Source: Bacillota bacterium (GTDB lineage Bacteria; Bacillota; Halanaerobiia; Halanaerobiales; DATFIM01). Taken from it: a stretch of DNA of 62,935 nt. The stretch covers positions 1-62,935 of the forward strand of contig JBNJDK010000004.1 of the NCBI GenBank assembly GCA_051744805.1, given 5' to 3'. A program made the translations under genes and the position numbers. Below are positions 46,109 to 56,618 of the stretch, in pieces (position 1 is the stretch's first letter; every line of letters begins with the position of its first letter). The notes beneath the pieces are model-generated. The model was given only the letters and a program-made list of their open reading frames with translations. It was not told the DNA's origin and did no database searches.

Positions 46109-47725
46109 ATGAAATTATTTATTAATGCAAACCTTATTTCTTCTGCTTTTTCAGATAAAAAATTATCAAATTTTGTCGTTAACAATAAAGGAAAAATATT
46201 AGCTAAAGGTAACAAAACTAAACTCAAAGAAAAATATCCTGAAGCTGAAATAAAAAATCTTGAGGAACAGACAGTAATTCCTGGCTTAAATGATTCTCAT
46301 CTCCACCTATTTCAATATGGATTAGCAAAAAGCAAAATAGACCTTTCAGATGCCAGTTCAATAACTGAAATACAGGAAAAAGTAAAAAACTATATTGATA
46401 ATAATGAATTAAAAGAAAACGAATGGATAGAAGGGAAAGGCTGGAATGATGAAAATTTTGATAACCCTGTTTTTCCCAAGTCAGAAGATCTAGATGAAAT
46501 TTCTGAAAAACATCCTATAATTTTAAAAAGAACCTGTTTTCATGTAGCAACTATTAATTCTAAAGCTTTAGAATTCTGTAATATAGATGAAAACACCCCT
46601 GATCCCGAAGGTGGAGAAATAGGAAAAGACAAAAATGGAGAACCTAATGGTCTCTTTTATGATGAAGCTATTGAACTAATTGAAAATAAAATTCCTCAAA
46701 AAGATGTTGATGAAATCAAAGAAATTTTAAAAGAAAGTTTTGAAGATGCTCTCAAAACAGGCTTAACTTCATTACAGGTAGACGATTTTTTCAATGTTGA
46801 AAATCCAGAAAAGATACTTAAAGCTTATCTGGAATTAAGAGAAAATAATGAAATTCCCTTGAGAATTAATCTGCAGATGAGAATCCCTTCTAAAAAGAAA
46901 ATGAATGATTTTGAAGAAAGAGGGCTAATAACTGGATATGGTGATGATTATTTTAAAATAGGTCCTGTTAAATTTGTGCTTGATGGCTCTCTTGGTGCCA
47001 GAACTGCAGCCCTAAAAGAACCCTACAATGACAAAAAAACAACTAAAGGAAAAAAACTATATAAACAGGATAAATTTAATGAAGTATGTAAATATGCAGC
47101 TGACAAAGATTTTCAAATTGCTGTCCATGCTATTGGAGATAAAGCAATAGAAATGGCTTTAGATGGTTTTGATTATGCCTATGACAATGATCAAACTGCT
47201 AAAGAAAATAGGCCAATTATAGTTCATGCTCAGATAAGTAATGAAAGTTTGAATGAGGAGATGAAAAATAAAGGGGTTATAGCCTCAATCCAACCAATCT
47301 TTTTAAAATCAGACTGGCAATCTATTGAAAACAGGGTAGGTAAACAAAGAGTTAATATGAGTTATCCCTGGAAAAGTTATTATGATAAAGGTATAAACCT
47401 TTCCGGAAGTTCAGATGCTCCTATCGAACCTTTTAACCCTTTCCTGGGGATATTTGCAGCAGTCACAAGACAGGATTTTAACGAAGAACCCAAAGATGGC
47501 TGGAAGCCAAAAGAAAAAATGAGTGTAGCTGAAGCCTTAGAAATTTTTACTGAAGGTAGTGCTTATCAATCTTTTGAAGAAAATATAAAAGGAAATTTAG
47601 AAGAAGGTAAACTTGCAGACTTTCTAGTAATAGATAGAGATATTAGAAATATTAATGAAAGTAAAATAAAAGATATACAGGTTTTAGAAACTTATGTAGG
47701 TGGTAATTTAGTTTACAAAAAATAA
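46109..47725 (+). CDS. metal-dependent amidohydrolase (amidohydrolase-3 / YtcJ-like)
   Basis: NDSHLHL metal motif, later HAIGD, and C-terminal SDAPIEPFNP. ATG at 46109 follows AAAGGAG. The track start 46016 would place the promoter inside the ORF. Confidence 0.75.
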   Translation: MKLFINANLISSAFSDKKLSNFVVNNKGKILAKGNKTKLKEKYPEAEIKNLEEQTVIPGLNDSHLHLFQYGLAKSKIDLSDASSITEIQEKVKNYIDNNELKENEWIEGKGWNDENFDNPVFPKSEDLDEISEKHPIILKRTCFHVATINSKALEFCNIDENTPDPEGGEIGKDKNGEPNGLFYDEAIELIENKIPQKDVDEIKEILKESFEDALKTGLTSLQVDDFFNVENPEKILKAYLELRENNEIPLRINLQMRIPSKKKMNDFEERGLITGYGDDYFKIGPVKFVLDGSLGARTAALKEPYNDKKTTKGKKLYKQDKFNEVCKYAADKDFQIAVHAIGDKAIEMALDGFDYAYDNDQTAKENRPIIVHAQISNESLNEEMKNKGVIASIQPIFLKSDWQSIENRVGKQRVNMSYPWKSYYDKGINLSGSSDAPIEPFNPFLGIFAAVTRQDFNEEPKDGWKPKEKMSVAEALEIFTEGSAYQSFEENIKGNLEEGKLADFLVIDRDIRNINESKIKDIQVLETYVGGNLVYKK

Positions 47726-47732
47726 AAATTTT

Positions 47733-47759
47733 AAGGTGGATGAAGAAATCATCCACCTT
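47733..47759. terminator. bidirectional intrinsic terminator (amidohydrolase / racemase)
   Basis: AAGGTGGATGA / TCATCCACCTT with a 5-nt loop, then a T-run. Confidence 0.85.
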
Positions 47760-47782
47760 TTTTTATTTCTATTATTATAAAT

Positions 47783-48853
47783 TTATTGTCGATAAGTTTT
47801 ATAAACATATTCTGAAGTCATTAAAGCAAGCATTGCCCCATAATCAAGACTAAACTCTAATTCATCTCCAACAGAAAAATCCTCGCTAACTTCTGTTAAG
47901 TCAACTAATAAATGATCACTACTTGCTCCAATAATTACTGCATTTTCAAGCATTGGTGTTAAACCATCTACTTTTACATCCTGTCTACCTATTGCTAAAA
48001 TTGCTCTTAATCTAATACCTTTATCTTCAAATTTAGGTTTATTGCCAAAAGCATCATGACCAATTTTACCTTTAGGTACTGAAGGCTTTTCTTTTAATTC
48101 TATAATCCTGGCACTTAAAGTAAAATTATCCTGATTTTGTCCTTTTATTTTCCTTTGATGAGTTATATCTGTCCCCTGTAGTATTCCTTCGCCTATTCTA
48201 AAGTTAGTAATACCTTCAGGTAGTTCATCATTATCAATTAATTTACTGGTAGCTGTATTTCCCCCTGAAATTAGTGGTAGTTTTATATCAAATTTTTCTT
48301 CCAGTTTTGCTTTTAAATCAACTAAAATTTTAGTATTTTCTTTTGATGGTAATACTCCCCCATAACAGCCAACATTAGTTCCTATCCCTTCAATATTTAT
48401 TGCTTCTAAATCAATAATTTTTGCAAAAAAATCTTCTAAATCATCAGGCAGCACACCTTCTCTTAAATCTCCTACATCTACCATAACTATTATTCCCTGT
48501 GTTTTACCTTTATTTTTTGCTTCTTTATTTAAAGCTTTTATTGTTTTGATTTCACTAATTAAAGTAATATCTACATTTTCTACTACATCTTCAACCTCAT
48601 TTAGTTGAGGTAAGCGAAGCAAAACCATTTCTTCTTCAAAACCTGCTTCTCTTAATTTTTTAATATTTTTTATTCTGGAATCTCCTATTGATTCAACTCC
48701 ACCTCTTACAAAAGCAGAAGCTACTTTTATATCACCTGCTGAACCTTTTACAACCCCTGTTAACTTAATATCTCTTTCTTCACATTTTTCAGTCATATTT
48801 TTAGCATTTTCTTCAATATTTTTTAATTTAATATTCACTCTTGGTGTTTTCAT
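47783..48853 (-). CDS. PLP-dependent amino-acid racemase (alanine/ornithine/lysine racemase fold-type III family)
   Basis: 356 aa with a VVKG PLP-lysine region and GTNVGCYGG. Substrate is not determinable from sequence; the context suggests lysine or ornithine. Confidence 0.6.
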   Translation of the reverse strand: MKTPRVNIKLKNIEENAKNMTEKCEERDIKLTGVVKGSAGDIKVASAFVRGGVESIGDSRIKNIKKLREAGFEEEMVLLRLPQLNEVEDVVENVDITLISEIKTIKALNKEAKNKGKTQGIIVMVDVGDLREGVLPDDLEDFFAKIIDLEAINIEGIGTNVGCYGGVLPSKENTKILVDLKAKLEEKFDIKLPLISGGNTATSKLIDNDELPEGITNFRIGEGILQGTDITHQRKIKGQNQDNFTLSARIIELKEKPSVPKGKIGHDAFGNKPKFEDKGIRLRAILAIGRQDVKVDGLTPMLENAVIIGASSDHLLVDLTEVSEDFSVGDELEFSLDYGAMLALMTSEYVYKTYRQ

Positions 48854-48883
48854 AAAAATAATTCCTCCCCATCTAAATATATT

Positions 48884-48903
48884 TATGCAAATTATTTTGC
48901 ATA
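48884..48903. promoter_or_regulatory. perfect 20-bp palindrome, candidate activator-binding site between racemase and kamA
   Basis: TATGCAAA-TTAT-TTTGCATA. It lies about 100 nt upstream of the kamA sigma-54 promoter and about 30 nt upstream of the racemase start. Confidence 0.5.
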
Positions 48904-49000
48904 ATGAAAAATAATTTTACAAAACTTATTTCTTTTTTGTCTAAAATGTCAAAAAGTTTAGCATTTAGTTAAAGTTTATAAACTTTTTATAAATTTAAAT

Positions 49001-49016
49001 TGGAACAATAATTGCA
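49001..49016 (+). promoter_or_regulatory. sigma-54 promoter of kamA
   Basis: TGGAACAATAATTGCA with exact GG-N10-GC spacing, 83 nt upstream of the kamA ATG. Confidence 0.7.
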
Positions 49017-49098
49017 TCTATATTATAGTGAATAACAATTTCAACGATATTATTATAACATTTTTTAAACATTTTATCTAATCTAAGGAGGATTTCAG

Positions 49099-50298
49099 AT
49101 GAGAGATTACCATGATATAAGTTTATGGGAAGATGTAAGTGAAGAAGAATGGAATGACTGGAAATGGCAGGTTAGAAATCGAATTACTGATGTAGAGGAT
49201 CTTAAAAAAGTTGTAGATCTAACAGAAAAAGAAGAACAAGAGGTAACAGATGTAATGGGAAAATTAAGAATGGCAATAACACCGTATTATGCCAACTTAA
49301 TGGACCCAAAAGACAGAAATTGTCCAATCAGAATGCAGGCTGTACCTGTTGAAAAAGAGTTAAATCTTGGAGAAGCTGATATGGAAGACCCACTTCATGA
49401 AGAAGTAGATTCACCTGTTGATAACCTAACACATCGTTATCCAGATAGAGTGCTTCTGCTTATTACTGACCAGTGCTCAATGTATTGTCGTCATTGTACA
49501 AGAAGAAGATTTGCCGGTCAGAAAGATAAAGCTGTACCAATGGAAGAAATTGATAAGGCAATTGATTATATTAAAGAACATGAGGAAATTAGAGATGTTT
49601 TATTATCTGGTGGAGATGCTTTACTCATTTCTAATGAAAAGCTTGAAGAAATTATTCAAAAACTATATGAAATCCCTCATGTAGAAATGATCAGAATCGG
49701 CTCCAGAACACCAGTTGTTATGCCACAAAGAATTACAGATGACCTGGTAAATATGCTAAAAAAATATCATCCACTTTATGTTAATATTCAATTTAATCAT
49801 CCAAAAGAAATTACTGAAGAATCAGCTGCTGCCTGTGCTAAACTGGTTGACAATGGTATTCCAGTAGGTAATCAGACTGTACTATTAAAAGGTGTTAACT
49901 CCCAGCCAAAAACTATGAAAAAGTTAATGCAAAATTTATTGCAGATAAGAGTTAAACCTTATTATATTTATCAATGTGATCTTTCTCAGGGAATTGAACA
50001 CTTTAGAACCCCTGTTAGTCGTGGTCTAGAAATCATGGAAGCTCTTCGGGGACATACTACAGGTATGGCAGTACCAACCTTTGTAGTAGATGCACCTGGT
50101 GGAGGAGGAAAAACTCCTCTCAGTCCAAACTATTTAATTTCAATGGCTGAAGATAAAATTATTATGAGAAATTATGAAGGTAAGGTATTTGCTTATACAG
50201 AACCTGGCTATGATCATAATGATCATGAAGCTGCTGATCTTAATGAAGGAGTTAGTGAACTTGCTTCAAATGATAAATATGCTCTTGGAGAAGAGTAA
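49099..50298 (+). CDS. kamA: L-lysine 2,3-aminomutase (radical SAM, PLP)
   Basis: 399 aa with CSMYCRHCTRRR (CxxxCxxC), LSGGDALL, and the typical N-terminus with WNDWKWQVRNRI. Confidence 0.9.
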   Translation: MRDYHDISLWEDVSEEEWNDWKWQVRNRITDVEDLKKVVDLTEKEEQEVTDVMGKLRMAITPYYANLMDPKDRNCPIRMQAVPVEKELNLGEADMEDPLHEEVDSPVDNLTHRYPDRVLLLITDQCSMYCRHCTRRRFAGQKDKAVPMEEIDKAIDYIKEHEEIRDVLLSGGDALLISNEKLEEIIQKLYEIPHVEMIRIGSRTPVVMPQRITDDLVNMLKKYHPLYVNIQFNHPKEITEESAAACAKLVDNGIPVGNQTVLLKGVNSQPKTMKKLMQNLLQIRVKPYYIYQCDLSQGIEHFRTPVSRGLEIMEALRGHTTGMAVPTFVVDAPGGGGKTPLSPNYLISMAEDKIIMRNYEGKVFAYTEPGYDHNDHEAADLNEGVSELASNDKYALGEE

Positions 50299-50332
50299 TT
50301 TTAAAATATAAAATTATATTTTAAAATAATTT

Positions 50333-50360
50333 AAGGCCCTATTTTTTAAAATAGGGCCTT
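50333..50360. terminator. intrinsic terminator after kamA (usable from both strands)
   Basis: AAGGCCCTATTTT / AAAATAGGGCCTT followed by T6. Confidence 0.85.
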
Positions 50361-50403
50361 TTTTTATATCTATATAATTCTGTTTTTTTAATTATTATTT
50401 TCC

Positions 50404-51186
50404 TTATTTACCTTCAAATTCTACAGAATTTTTATTTAAAAAAGCTTCCATTCCCTTTTTCTGATCATCAGTGCTAAAACAATATGAGAAAGCTTGAGTT
50501 TCAAAAGAAATTCCCTCTTCAATACTTCTTCCTCTACTAAAATTAACTGCCTCTTTTGTCATTTTCACAGCCTGAGGAGCATTTTCAGCAATTTCTTCAG
50601 CTACTTCATATACCTTATTCATTAACTCATCCTGTTCTACAACTTCATTAACAAGTCCTAATTCTTTTGCTTTTTTAGCGCCAATATTTTTTGCAGTAAA
50701 AAGTATTTCTTTTGCCTTTGCTTCACCAATAATTTTACTGAGTCGTTGAGTTCCACCAAAACCAGCAATAATTCCTAGTCCTACTTCAGGCTGCCCAAAT
50801 TTAGCATTATCAGAGGCAAATCTCATATCACAGGCTAATGCTAGCTCATTACCTCCACCTAAAGCAAAACCATTTACTGCTGCTATAACAGGCTTTGAAC
50901 ATTTTTCAATCATATTAAAAGCTTTATGACCTGATTCAGCAAATTCTTTGGCCTGAATACTATTTTTATCTTTCATTTCAGAAATATCAGCACCAGCTAC
51001 AAAAGCTTTTTTACCTTCACCAGTAAGAATAATTACTCGAGTATCTTCAGCTTTATCTAACTCTTGAAAAGCCTTTGCTAACTCTTTCAATACGTCACTA
51101 TTAAGCGCATTAAGTACTTTAGGTCTATTTATTTTAACTACTGTAATTTTATCTCTTTTTTCTATTTTTAAATTATCAAAATCCAT
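50404..51186 (-). CDS. crt: enoyl-CoA hydratase (crotonase)
   Basis: 260 aa with the FVAGADISEM oxyanion region and GGGNELALACD. Confidence 0.8.
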   Translation of the reverse strand: MDFDNLKIEKRDKITVVKINRPKVLNALNSDVLKELAKAFQELDKAEDTRVIILTGEGKKAFVAGADISEMKDKNSIQAKEFAESGHKAFNMIEKCSKPVIAAVNGFALGGGNELALACDMRFASDNAKFGQPEVGLGIIAGFGGTQRLSKIIGEAKAKEILFTAKNIGAKKAKELGLVNEVVEQDELMNKVYEVAEEIAENAPQAVKMTKEAVNFSRGRSIEEGISFETQAFSYCFSTDDQKKGMEAFLNKNSVEFEGK

Positions 51187-51201
51187 TATAACCCCCCTTT
51201 T

Positions 51202-52044
51202 TTAATAACTATAAAATCCTTCTCCAGTTTTGCGTCCTAACTGTCCAGCTCTAACTTTCTTTTTAAGCAAAGGACATGGTCTATACTTAGAATCACCAAA
51301 TTCTTCATGAAGAGTTTCCATAATCGCTAAACATACATCAAGACCTATCATATCACCTAAAGCTAGAGGGCCAATTGGATGATTAGCTCCCAATTTCATA
51401 GCTGTATCAATATCTTCAGCACTTGCTACTCCTTCATTTAAAAGAAAAGTAGCTTCATTAATCATTGGAACTAAAATTCTGTTTACAACAAAACCTGGAG
51501 CTTCATTTACTTCTACAGGGGTTTTGGAAAGTTCTTCAACAAGAGATTCAACTTTTTCAAAAGTTTCATCAGAAGTTGTAATACTTCTAATTAATTCTAC
51601 TAATTTCATTACTGGAACTGGATTGAAAAAGTGAACACCTACTACTTTATCCGGTCTCTCAGTAACAGTTGCTATTTCTGTAATACTTAAAGCAGAAGTG
51701 TTACTTGCAAGAATAGCATCATCTTTTGTAACTTCATCTAATTCTTTAAAAATCTTTTTCTTAAGTTCCATATCTTCATTTACAGCTTCAATAACTAAGT
51801 CTACATCATTTAAATCACTTACTTCTGTTGTAGTTTCAACATTTGCAAGGGTTTCATCCATCTCTTTTTGAGTAATTCTTTCCTTTTTTACACTTCTCTC
51901 GAGATTCTTTTTAATACTTTTTACACCTTTTTCTACAAATTCCTCTTTAATATCACGTAAAATCACCTGATAACCACCCTGAGCAATAACCTGAGCAATA
52001 CCGCTTCCCATTGTACCTGCTCCTAATACACCAACTTTTTTCAT
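51202..52044 (-). CDS. hbd: 3-hydroxybutyryl-CoA dehydrogenase
   Basis: 280 aa with [15 protein letters not shown] Rossmann motif, [10 protein letters not shown], and C-terminal [11 protein letters not shown]. Confidence 0.85.
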   Translation of the reverse strand: MKKVGVLGAGTMGSGIAQVIAQGGYQVILRDIKEEFVEKGVKSIKKNLERSVKKERITQKEMDETLANVETTTEVSDLNDVDLVIEAVNEDMELKKKIFKELDEVTKDDAILASNTSALSITEIATVTERPDKVVGVHFFNPVPVMKLVELIRSITTSDETFEKVESLVEELSKTPVEVNEAPGFVVNRILVPMINEATFLLNEGVASAEDIDTAMKLGANHPIGPLALGDMIGLDVCLAIMETLHEEFGDSKYRPCPLLKKKVRAGQLGRKTGEGFYSY

Positions 52045-52163
52045 ATTAATATCACCTCTCAGTTTATAATTATAATACTAAAAATGAAAATTGTAAATAG
52101 TTTTGTTAAATTAATCACATAATATTTATTTTTACAAATTAATATTACCTTAATTAATAATTT

Positions 52164-53201
52164 TTAATGTGTATATAGCTTATTAAATAAATCTTTCAAT
52201 TCCTGAGATTCCCTTAATGTTTCAAGAGCTATTGCTGCATGGCCTCTTGTATAACCATTTCCAATTATCATTTCTACATCTTTTCCAATACCTTCAGCAC
52301 CAAGGGCAGCTTTAGTAAAGCTAGTGGCCATACTAAAGAAATATATAACTCCATCATCTTTAGTTGTCATTATTGAACTCATTTCTGTACTTGGAATATT
52401 TACATTATTGATTACTACATCACACATTTCTCCATCTGTAATTTCTTCAACTTCTTCATAAACACTAACCGCATCAGTTGCATCTCCCTGAATAACTTCA
52501 TCAGCTAAACCAAGTTCTTCAATACGCTGACAGGCTTCATCACTATATTCAAGAGCAATAACTTTACCAGTAATACCTGCCTGTTTTCTTGCCTGATAAA
52601 GACATAATAGACCGGATTTACCTCCAGCACCTATCACGAGAACAGTATTACCAGGATAAACTAATTTTGCTGTCTGAGCTGGAGCTCCTGCTACATCTAA
52701 AACCGCTAAAGCTAATGTTTTTGACATATCTTCTGGAAGTTTAGCATAAATTCCACTTTCAAAAAGTACAGCTTTACCTCTTATATTTACCTGATCAATT
52801 TCAGATTTAACCTCTTTTATTTCATCAATTCTTAATGGAGTTAATGAAAGAGAAACAAGTGTAGCTATTTTATCTCCAACTTCAATATCTCTTTCTTTAA
52901 GAGTAGGCCCAATTTTTTCTACAGTTCCAATCAACATTCCCCCGGATCCAGTAACTGGATTATGATGTTTACCTCTTTCTTCTACAATCTCAAAAATTCT
53001 TTCCTTTATTTTTTCTTCATCTCCATCAGCTTCTTCTTTTATCTGAGTAAAACTCGCAGAATCAATATTCAAAGTCTGAACATCAATCAAAATTTCATTA
53101 TCATAAATTTCCATATCATTGTCTATTTTCCAGGCAGGTTGAGGTAATGATCCCTCTGGTTCAATAACTCTGTGTACTCCATATTTGTTTCCTTTTTTCA
53201 T
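52164..53201 (-). CDS. kdd: L-erythro-3,5-diaminohexanoate dehydrogenase, copy 2
   Basis: 345 aa, collinear with ORF 37692..38726, with long identical runs (MEIYDNEILIDVQTLNIDSASFTQI, GKHHNPVTGSGGMLIGT, YFFSMATSFTKAALGAEG). Confidence 0.75.
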   Translation of the reverse strand: MKKGNKYGVHRVIEPEGSLPQPAWKIDNDMEIYDNEILIDVQTLNIDSASFTQIKEEADGDEEKIKERIFEIVEERGKHHNPVTGSGGMLIGTVEKIGPTLKERDIEVGDKIATLVSLSLTPLRIDEIKEVKSEIDQVNIRGKAVLFESGIYAKLPEDMSKTLALAVLDVAGAPAQTAKLVYPGNTVLVIGAGGKSGLLCLYQARKQAGITGKVIALEYSDEACQRIEELGLADEVIQGDATDAVSVYEEVEEITDGEMCDVVINNVNIPSTEMSSIMTTKDDGVIYFFSMATSFTKAALGAEGIGKDVEMIIGNGYTRGHAAIALETLRESQELKDLFNKLYTH

Positions 53202-53279
53202 AGTTTCTTAAATCCCCTTTCAAAAATATTTTTATTTTATAATATAATTAAATATATAATACCTACTGCCATATATTAA

Positions 53280-53295
53280 TGCATAATCTATTCCA
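53280..53295 (-). promoter_or_regulatory. sigma-54 promoter of kdd2-hbd-crt
   Basis: Minus strand TGGAATAGATTATGCA with exact GG-N10-GC spacing, about 80 nt upstream of the start at 53201. Confidence 0.6.
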
Positions 53296-53300
53296 TAGAA

Positions 53301-53326
53301 AGCCGCCTGAAAAATTTCAGGCGGCT
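53301..53326 (-). terminator. intrinsic terminator after nhaC-type gene 1
   Basis: AGCCGCCTGA / TCAGGCGGCT with a 6-nt loop, followed by TTTCTAT on the minus strand. Confidence 0.75.
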
Positions 53327-53354
53327 AATTTATAATATTACTTTTTCATTTTAA

Positions 53355-54812
53355 TTAAGCTGACATTTCCTCTTCTCTTTCAGCATAGCCAGGATCATCT
53401 TCTACATCACCTTCATATAACATACTAAATCCAGTGAATCCATAAATAATAGAAATAATCGGCGTGATATAGCAAAGGAATGCAAAAGGAATATATTCAA
53501 CAGTTGGCACTCCTAAAGCTCCGGTCATAAATGCACCTGATAGTCCCCAGGGAACTAATGGAGCTACTAAAGTACCACCATCTTCAAGTGCACGAGATAA
53601 GTTTCTTGGTAATAGCTTTAACCTTTTATAAGCAGGCATAAGCATTCTACCAGGAATAATAATAGCCATATACTGACTGGCCATAGCAAAATCAGTTATA
53701 TAACTTGTTGCTACAGTAGTAGCAATAAGTCCACCAGTATTTTTAATAAGTGGTTCTATCTTATCTAATAAAACTTCAAGCATATATGTTTTTTCCATTA
53801 TTCCCCCAAATGATAAAGCTATAAATCCAAGGGAAACTGTCCACATCATATTCTGTATACCACCACGGGTAAGTAATTCATCCACAAATTTGAATCCAGT
53901 TTCAGAAGTATAGCCAAAGTTCATTGCATTAGTTACTTCTGAAAGAGAAGCTCCCTGAAAAATCATAGCAAATATTGCACCTGTAAAAGCAGCTATAATA
54001 AGACTTGGAATAGCAGGTACTTTTTTAATTGCCATAATTATTACAAGAGCTGGTGGAATCAACAATAAAGGTCCAATATGAAAATTGCCCTGTAGAGTTG
54101 CAAGTGTCTGATCGATTTGAGCTGTGTTAACTGTTCCTTCTCCAAAACGAAGACCAATTATAAAATATATAATTAAACTAATTAAAAGTGCAGGACCTAC
54201 TGTATACATCATATGTTTTATATGATCAAAAAGGTCTGCTTCGGCTACAGCAGCAGCCAGGTTAGTTGAATCTGACAATGGTGACATTTTATCTCCAAAA
54301 AATGAACCGGAAACAATAGCTCCAGCTACAATAGGAAGTGGAATACCCAATCCTTTACCAATACCTATTAAAGCTACACCTAAGGTACCACCAGTTGTCC
54401 AGGCACTACCAGTTGCAACCGAAGTAATAGCTGTTATTAAAGCAGCTGATACTAAAAACCAGCCTGGTGACATTATCTGTAAACCATAATAAATAATTGT
54501 CTGAATAGTTCCAGAAGCTATCCAGGAACCAATAATAGCACCAATAATCATTAAAATAAGCATTGGAGCCATAGCAATACTACAACCATGTAAAATAGCA
54601 TCTTCAATTTCATCCCAGGTATATCCAGATTTCATAGCAACAATAGTAGCTACAAGTGAAGCAGAAATTAATGTAATATGAATTGGAATTTCAAGCCAAA
54701 GAACAGATATTCCCATAGCTGCTACTAAGTATATTATTACAAACATTACTCCACCAAAACTAGGTAATTTTTTATCTTCTAAGTCAACATCATTTTGTAC
54801 ATCAGTACTCAT
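53355..54812 (-). CDS. nhaC: NhaC-family Na+/H+ antiporter-type transporter, copy 1
   Basis: 485-aa polytopic protein with GDKMSPLSDSTNLAAAV, typical of the NhaC family. Confidence 0.8.
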   Translation of the reverse strand: MSTDVQNDVDLEDKKLPSFGGVMFVIIYLVAAMGISVLWLEIPIHITLISASLVATIVAMKSGYTWDEIEDAILHGCSIAMAPMLILMIIGAIIGSWIASGTIQTIIYYGLQIMSPGWFLVSAALITAITSVATGSAWTTGGTLGVALIGIGKGLGIPLPIVAGAIVSGSFFGDKMSPLSDSTNLAAAVAEADLFDHIKHMMYTVGPALLISLIIYFIIGLRFGEGTVNTAQIDQTLATLQGNFHIGPLLLIPPALVIIMAIKKVPAIPSLIIAAFTGAIFAMIFQGASLSEVTNAMNFGYTSETGFKFVDELLTRGGIQNMMWTVSLGFIALSFGGIMEKTYMLEVLLDKIEPLIKNTGGLIATTVATSYITDFAMASQYMAIIIPGRMLMPAYKRLKLLPRNLSRALEDGGTLVAPLVPWGLSGAFMTGALGVPTVEYIPFAFLCYITPIISIIYGFTGFSMLYEGDVEDDPGYAEREEEMSA

Positions 54813-55042
54813 TGATTTTTTTCCTCCTCATTTTATTAAATACTAATTATTAATTTCTTTTTTTAATTTTTCTACAATTTTTTGAATAAATTAATATAAG
54901 TAAATCTGAAATAAAATTCAAAACTATTTTACTATCCTAAAATCACCTCCTAAAATAAACTTTAAAGACTAATACTATCTTTCCTGCCTTTATTCGACAT
55001 AAAATATTAATTTTTTTATAATTGATTTCGTGTTATATTTAA

Positions 55043-55058
55043 TGCAATTTTCGTTCCG
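55043..55058 (-). promoter_or_regulatory. probable sigma-54 promoter of nhaC copy 1 (long leader)
   Basis: Minus strand CGGAACGAAAATTGCA has exact spacing but C instead of T before GG. It lies 230 nt upstream of the start codon. Confidence 0.5.
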
Positions 55059-55163
55059 AATTATCAAAAAATTATCTAAAAATTAAAAAAAGGCCCCTCC
55101 ATTTATAAAGGGACCTTAATAACTTATATCTGCTTTGCTTTTATTCTATTTTTTTATCTACTT

Positions 55164-56618
55164 TTAAGCACTTCCTTTACTTTCACGATCTTCATATGTT
55201 TCTGCCCCTTCTATATCTCCTTCATACCAGATAGAATATCCAGTATATCCATAAATTACAGCTATTATAGGTACAAAATAACCTAAGAAAGCAAAGGGAG
55301 CATATCTAATAGTAGAAACTCCAAGAGCACCAGTGAAAAACACACCACAAAGTCCCCAGGGAACTAAAGGAGAAAAAACAGTTCCCGCATCTTCTAAAGT
55401 TCTGGAAAGAACTCTTGGTAACAATTTTTTCTTTTTATATTCAGGAATAACCATTCTACCTGTGATAATTATAGCCATATACTGACTTGCTGTTGCCAAA
55501 TTTAAAATTATAGCAGAAATAACTGTAGTAGAAATCAAGCCACCTGTAGTTTTGATAAGACCTTCCAATTTACCAAGAAATACTTCTAGCATTCTTGTTT
55601 TTTCCAAAATTCCTCCCAAACCAACTCCAATAAATCCTAAGGAAACAGTCCACATCATACTCTGTAATCCTCCACGAGTTAATAAATCATCAACCATTTC
55701 CACTCCGGTATCACCTGTATAACCGTAGTTTGCAACATTAGTAATTTCAGTAAGAGTTGAACCCTGAAAAATCATAGCTAAAATAGCAGCTATAATAGAC
55801 GATATGATCATTGCAGGCAATGAAGGAACTTCTTTTATAGCCATCCAGATAATGAATATAGGAGGAATTAATAAAATTGGGCTAATAGTAAAATTTTCGT
55901 TTAAAGTATTCAAAATAAGGTCTACCTGTCCTGTATCAGCTCCCCCCTCTGTAAAGAATAAACCAAGTATTCCATAAGCAATTAAAGCCAAAATAAAAGC
56001 AGGAATTGTAGTATACATCATACTTTTGATATGACCAAAAAGATCAGCTTCTCCAACTGCAGAAGCGAGGTTAGTAGAATCTGATAGTGGTGACATCTTA
56101 TCTCCAATCATTGCCCCACTTACTACTGCTCCAGCTGTCATAGCAGCGGGAACTCCTAAACCAGCACCAATACCCATCATAGCAACACCTACTGTACCTC
56201 CAGAAGTATAAGAACTACCTGTTGACATAGAAGTCAAAGCCACAGCCACTGAAGCTGCAACTAAAAAATAACTTGGAGCCAGAATTAATAAACCATAATA
56301 AATTATTGTTTGAATAGTACCAGATGCTATCCAGGTACCAATAACAACCCCAATCATCATTAAGATTATCATTGGTAACATAGCAATATCTGCTCCATAA
56401 AGCATGGCATCCTGAATATCTTCCCAGCTATACCCTGTCCTCATTGCTACTACAGAAGCAACTACTATTGTTAAAATCAAAGTAATATGAACTGGAATAT
56501 TTAACCAGAGAACAGAAATTCCCATTCCAACAGCTAAAAACAATAGAACAAACATTACTCCACCAAATCCAGGGACTTTGTCATACCTTTCTTCACTATT
56601 TTTTTGCTTATCACTCAT
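55164..56618 (-). CDS. nhaC: NhaC-family Na+/H+ antiporter-type transporter, copy 2
   Basis: 484 aa, collinear with copy 1 (GDKMSPLSDSTNLASAV; many shared blocks). Confidence 0.8.
   Translation of the reverse strand: MSDKQKNSEERYDKVPGFGGVMFVLLFLAVGMGISVLWLNIPVHITLILTIVVASVVAMRTGYSWEDIQDAMLYGADIAMLPMIILMMIGVVIGTWIASGTIQTIIYYGLLILAPSYFLVAASVAVALTSMSTGSSYTSGGTVGVAMMGIGAGLGVPAAMTAGAVVSGAMIGDKMSPLSDSTNLASAVGEADLFGHIKSMMYTTIPAFILALIAYGILGLFFTEGGADTGQVDLILNTLNENFTISPILLIPPIFIIWMAIKEVPSLPAMIISSIIAAILAMIFQGSTLTEITNVANYGYTGDTGVEMVDDLLTRGGLQSMMWTVSLGFIGVGLGGILEKTRMLEVFLGKLEGLIKTTGGLISTTVISAIILNLATASQYMAIIITGRMVIPEYKKKKLLPRVLSRTLEDAGTVFSPLVPWGLCGVFFTGALGVSTIRYAPFAFLGYFVPIIAVIYGYTGYSIWYEGDIEGAETYEDRESKGSA

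Noticed and set aside
54813-55042. Possible lysine (L-box) riboswitch in the 230-nt nhaC-1 leader, since NhaC-type LysW genes are known L-box targets
   Set aside because: The leader is almost pure A/T and lacks the conserved GC-rich L-box helices (AGAGGCGC-type start, multi-stem junction). Only an SD-like decoy is notable.
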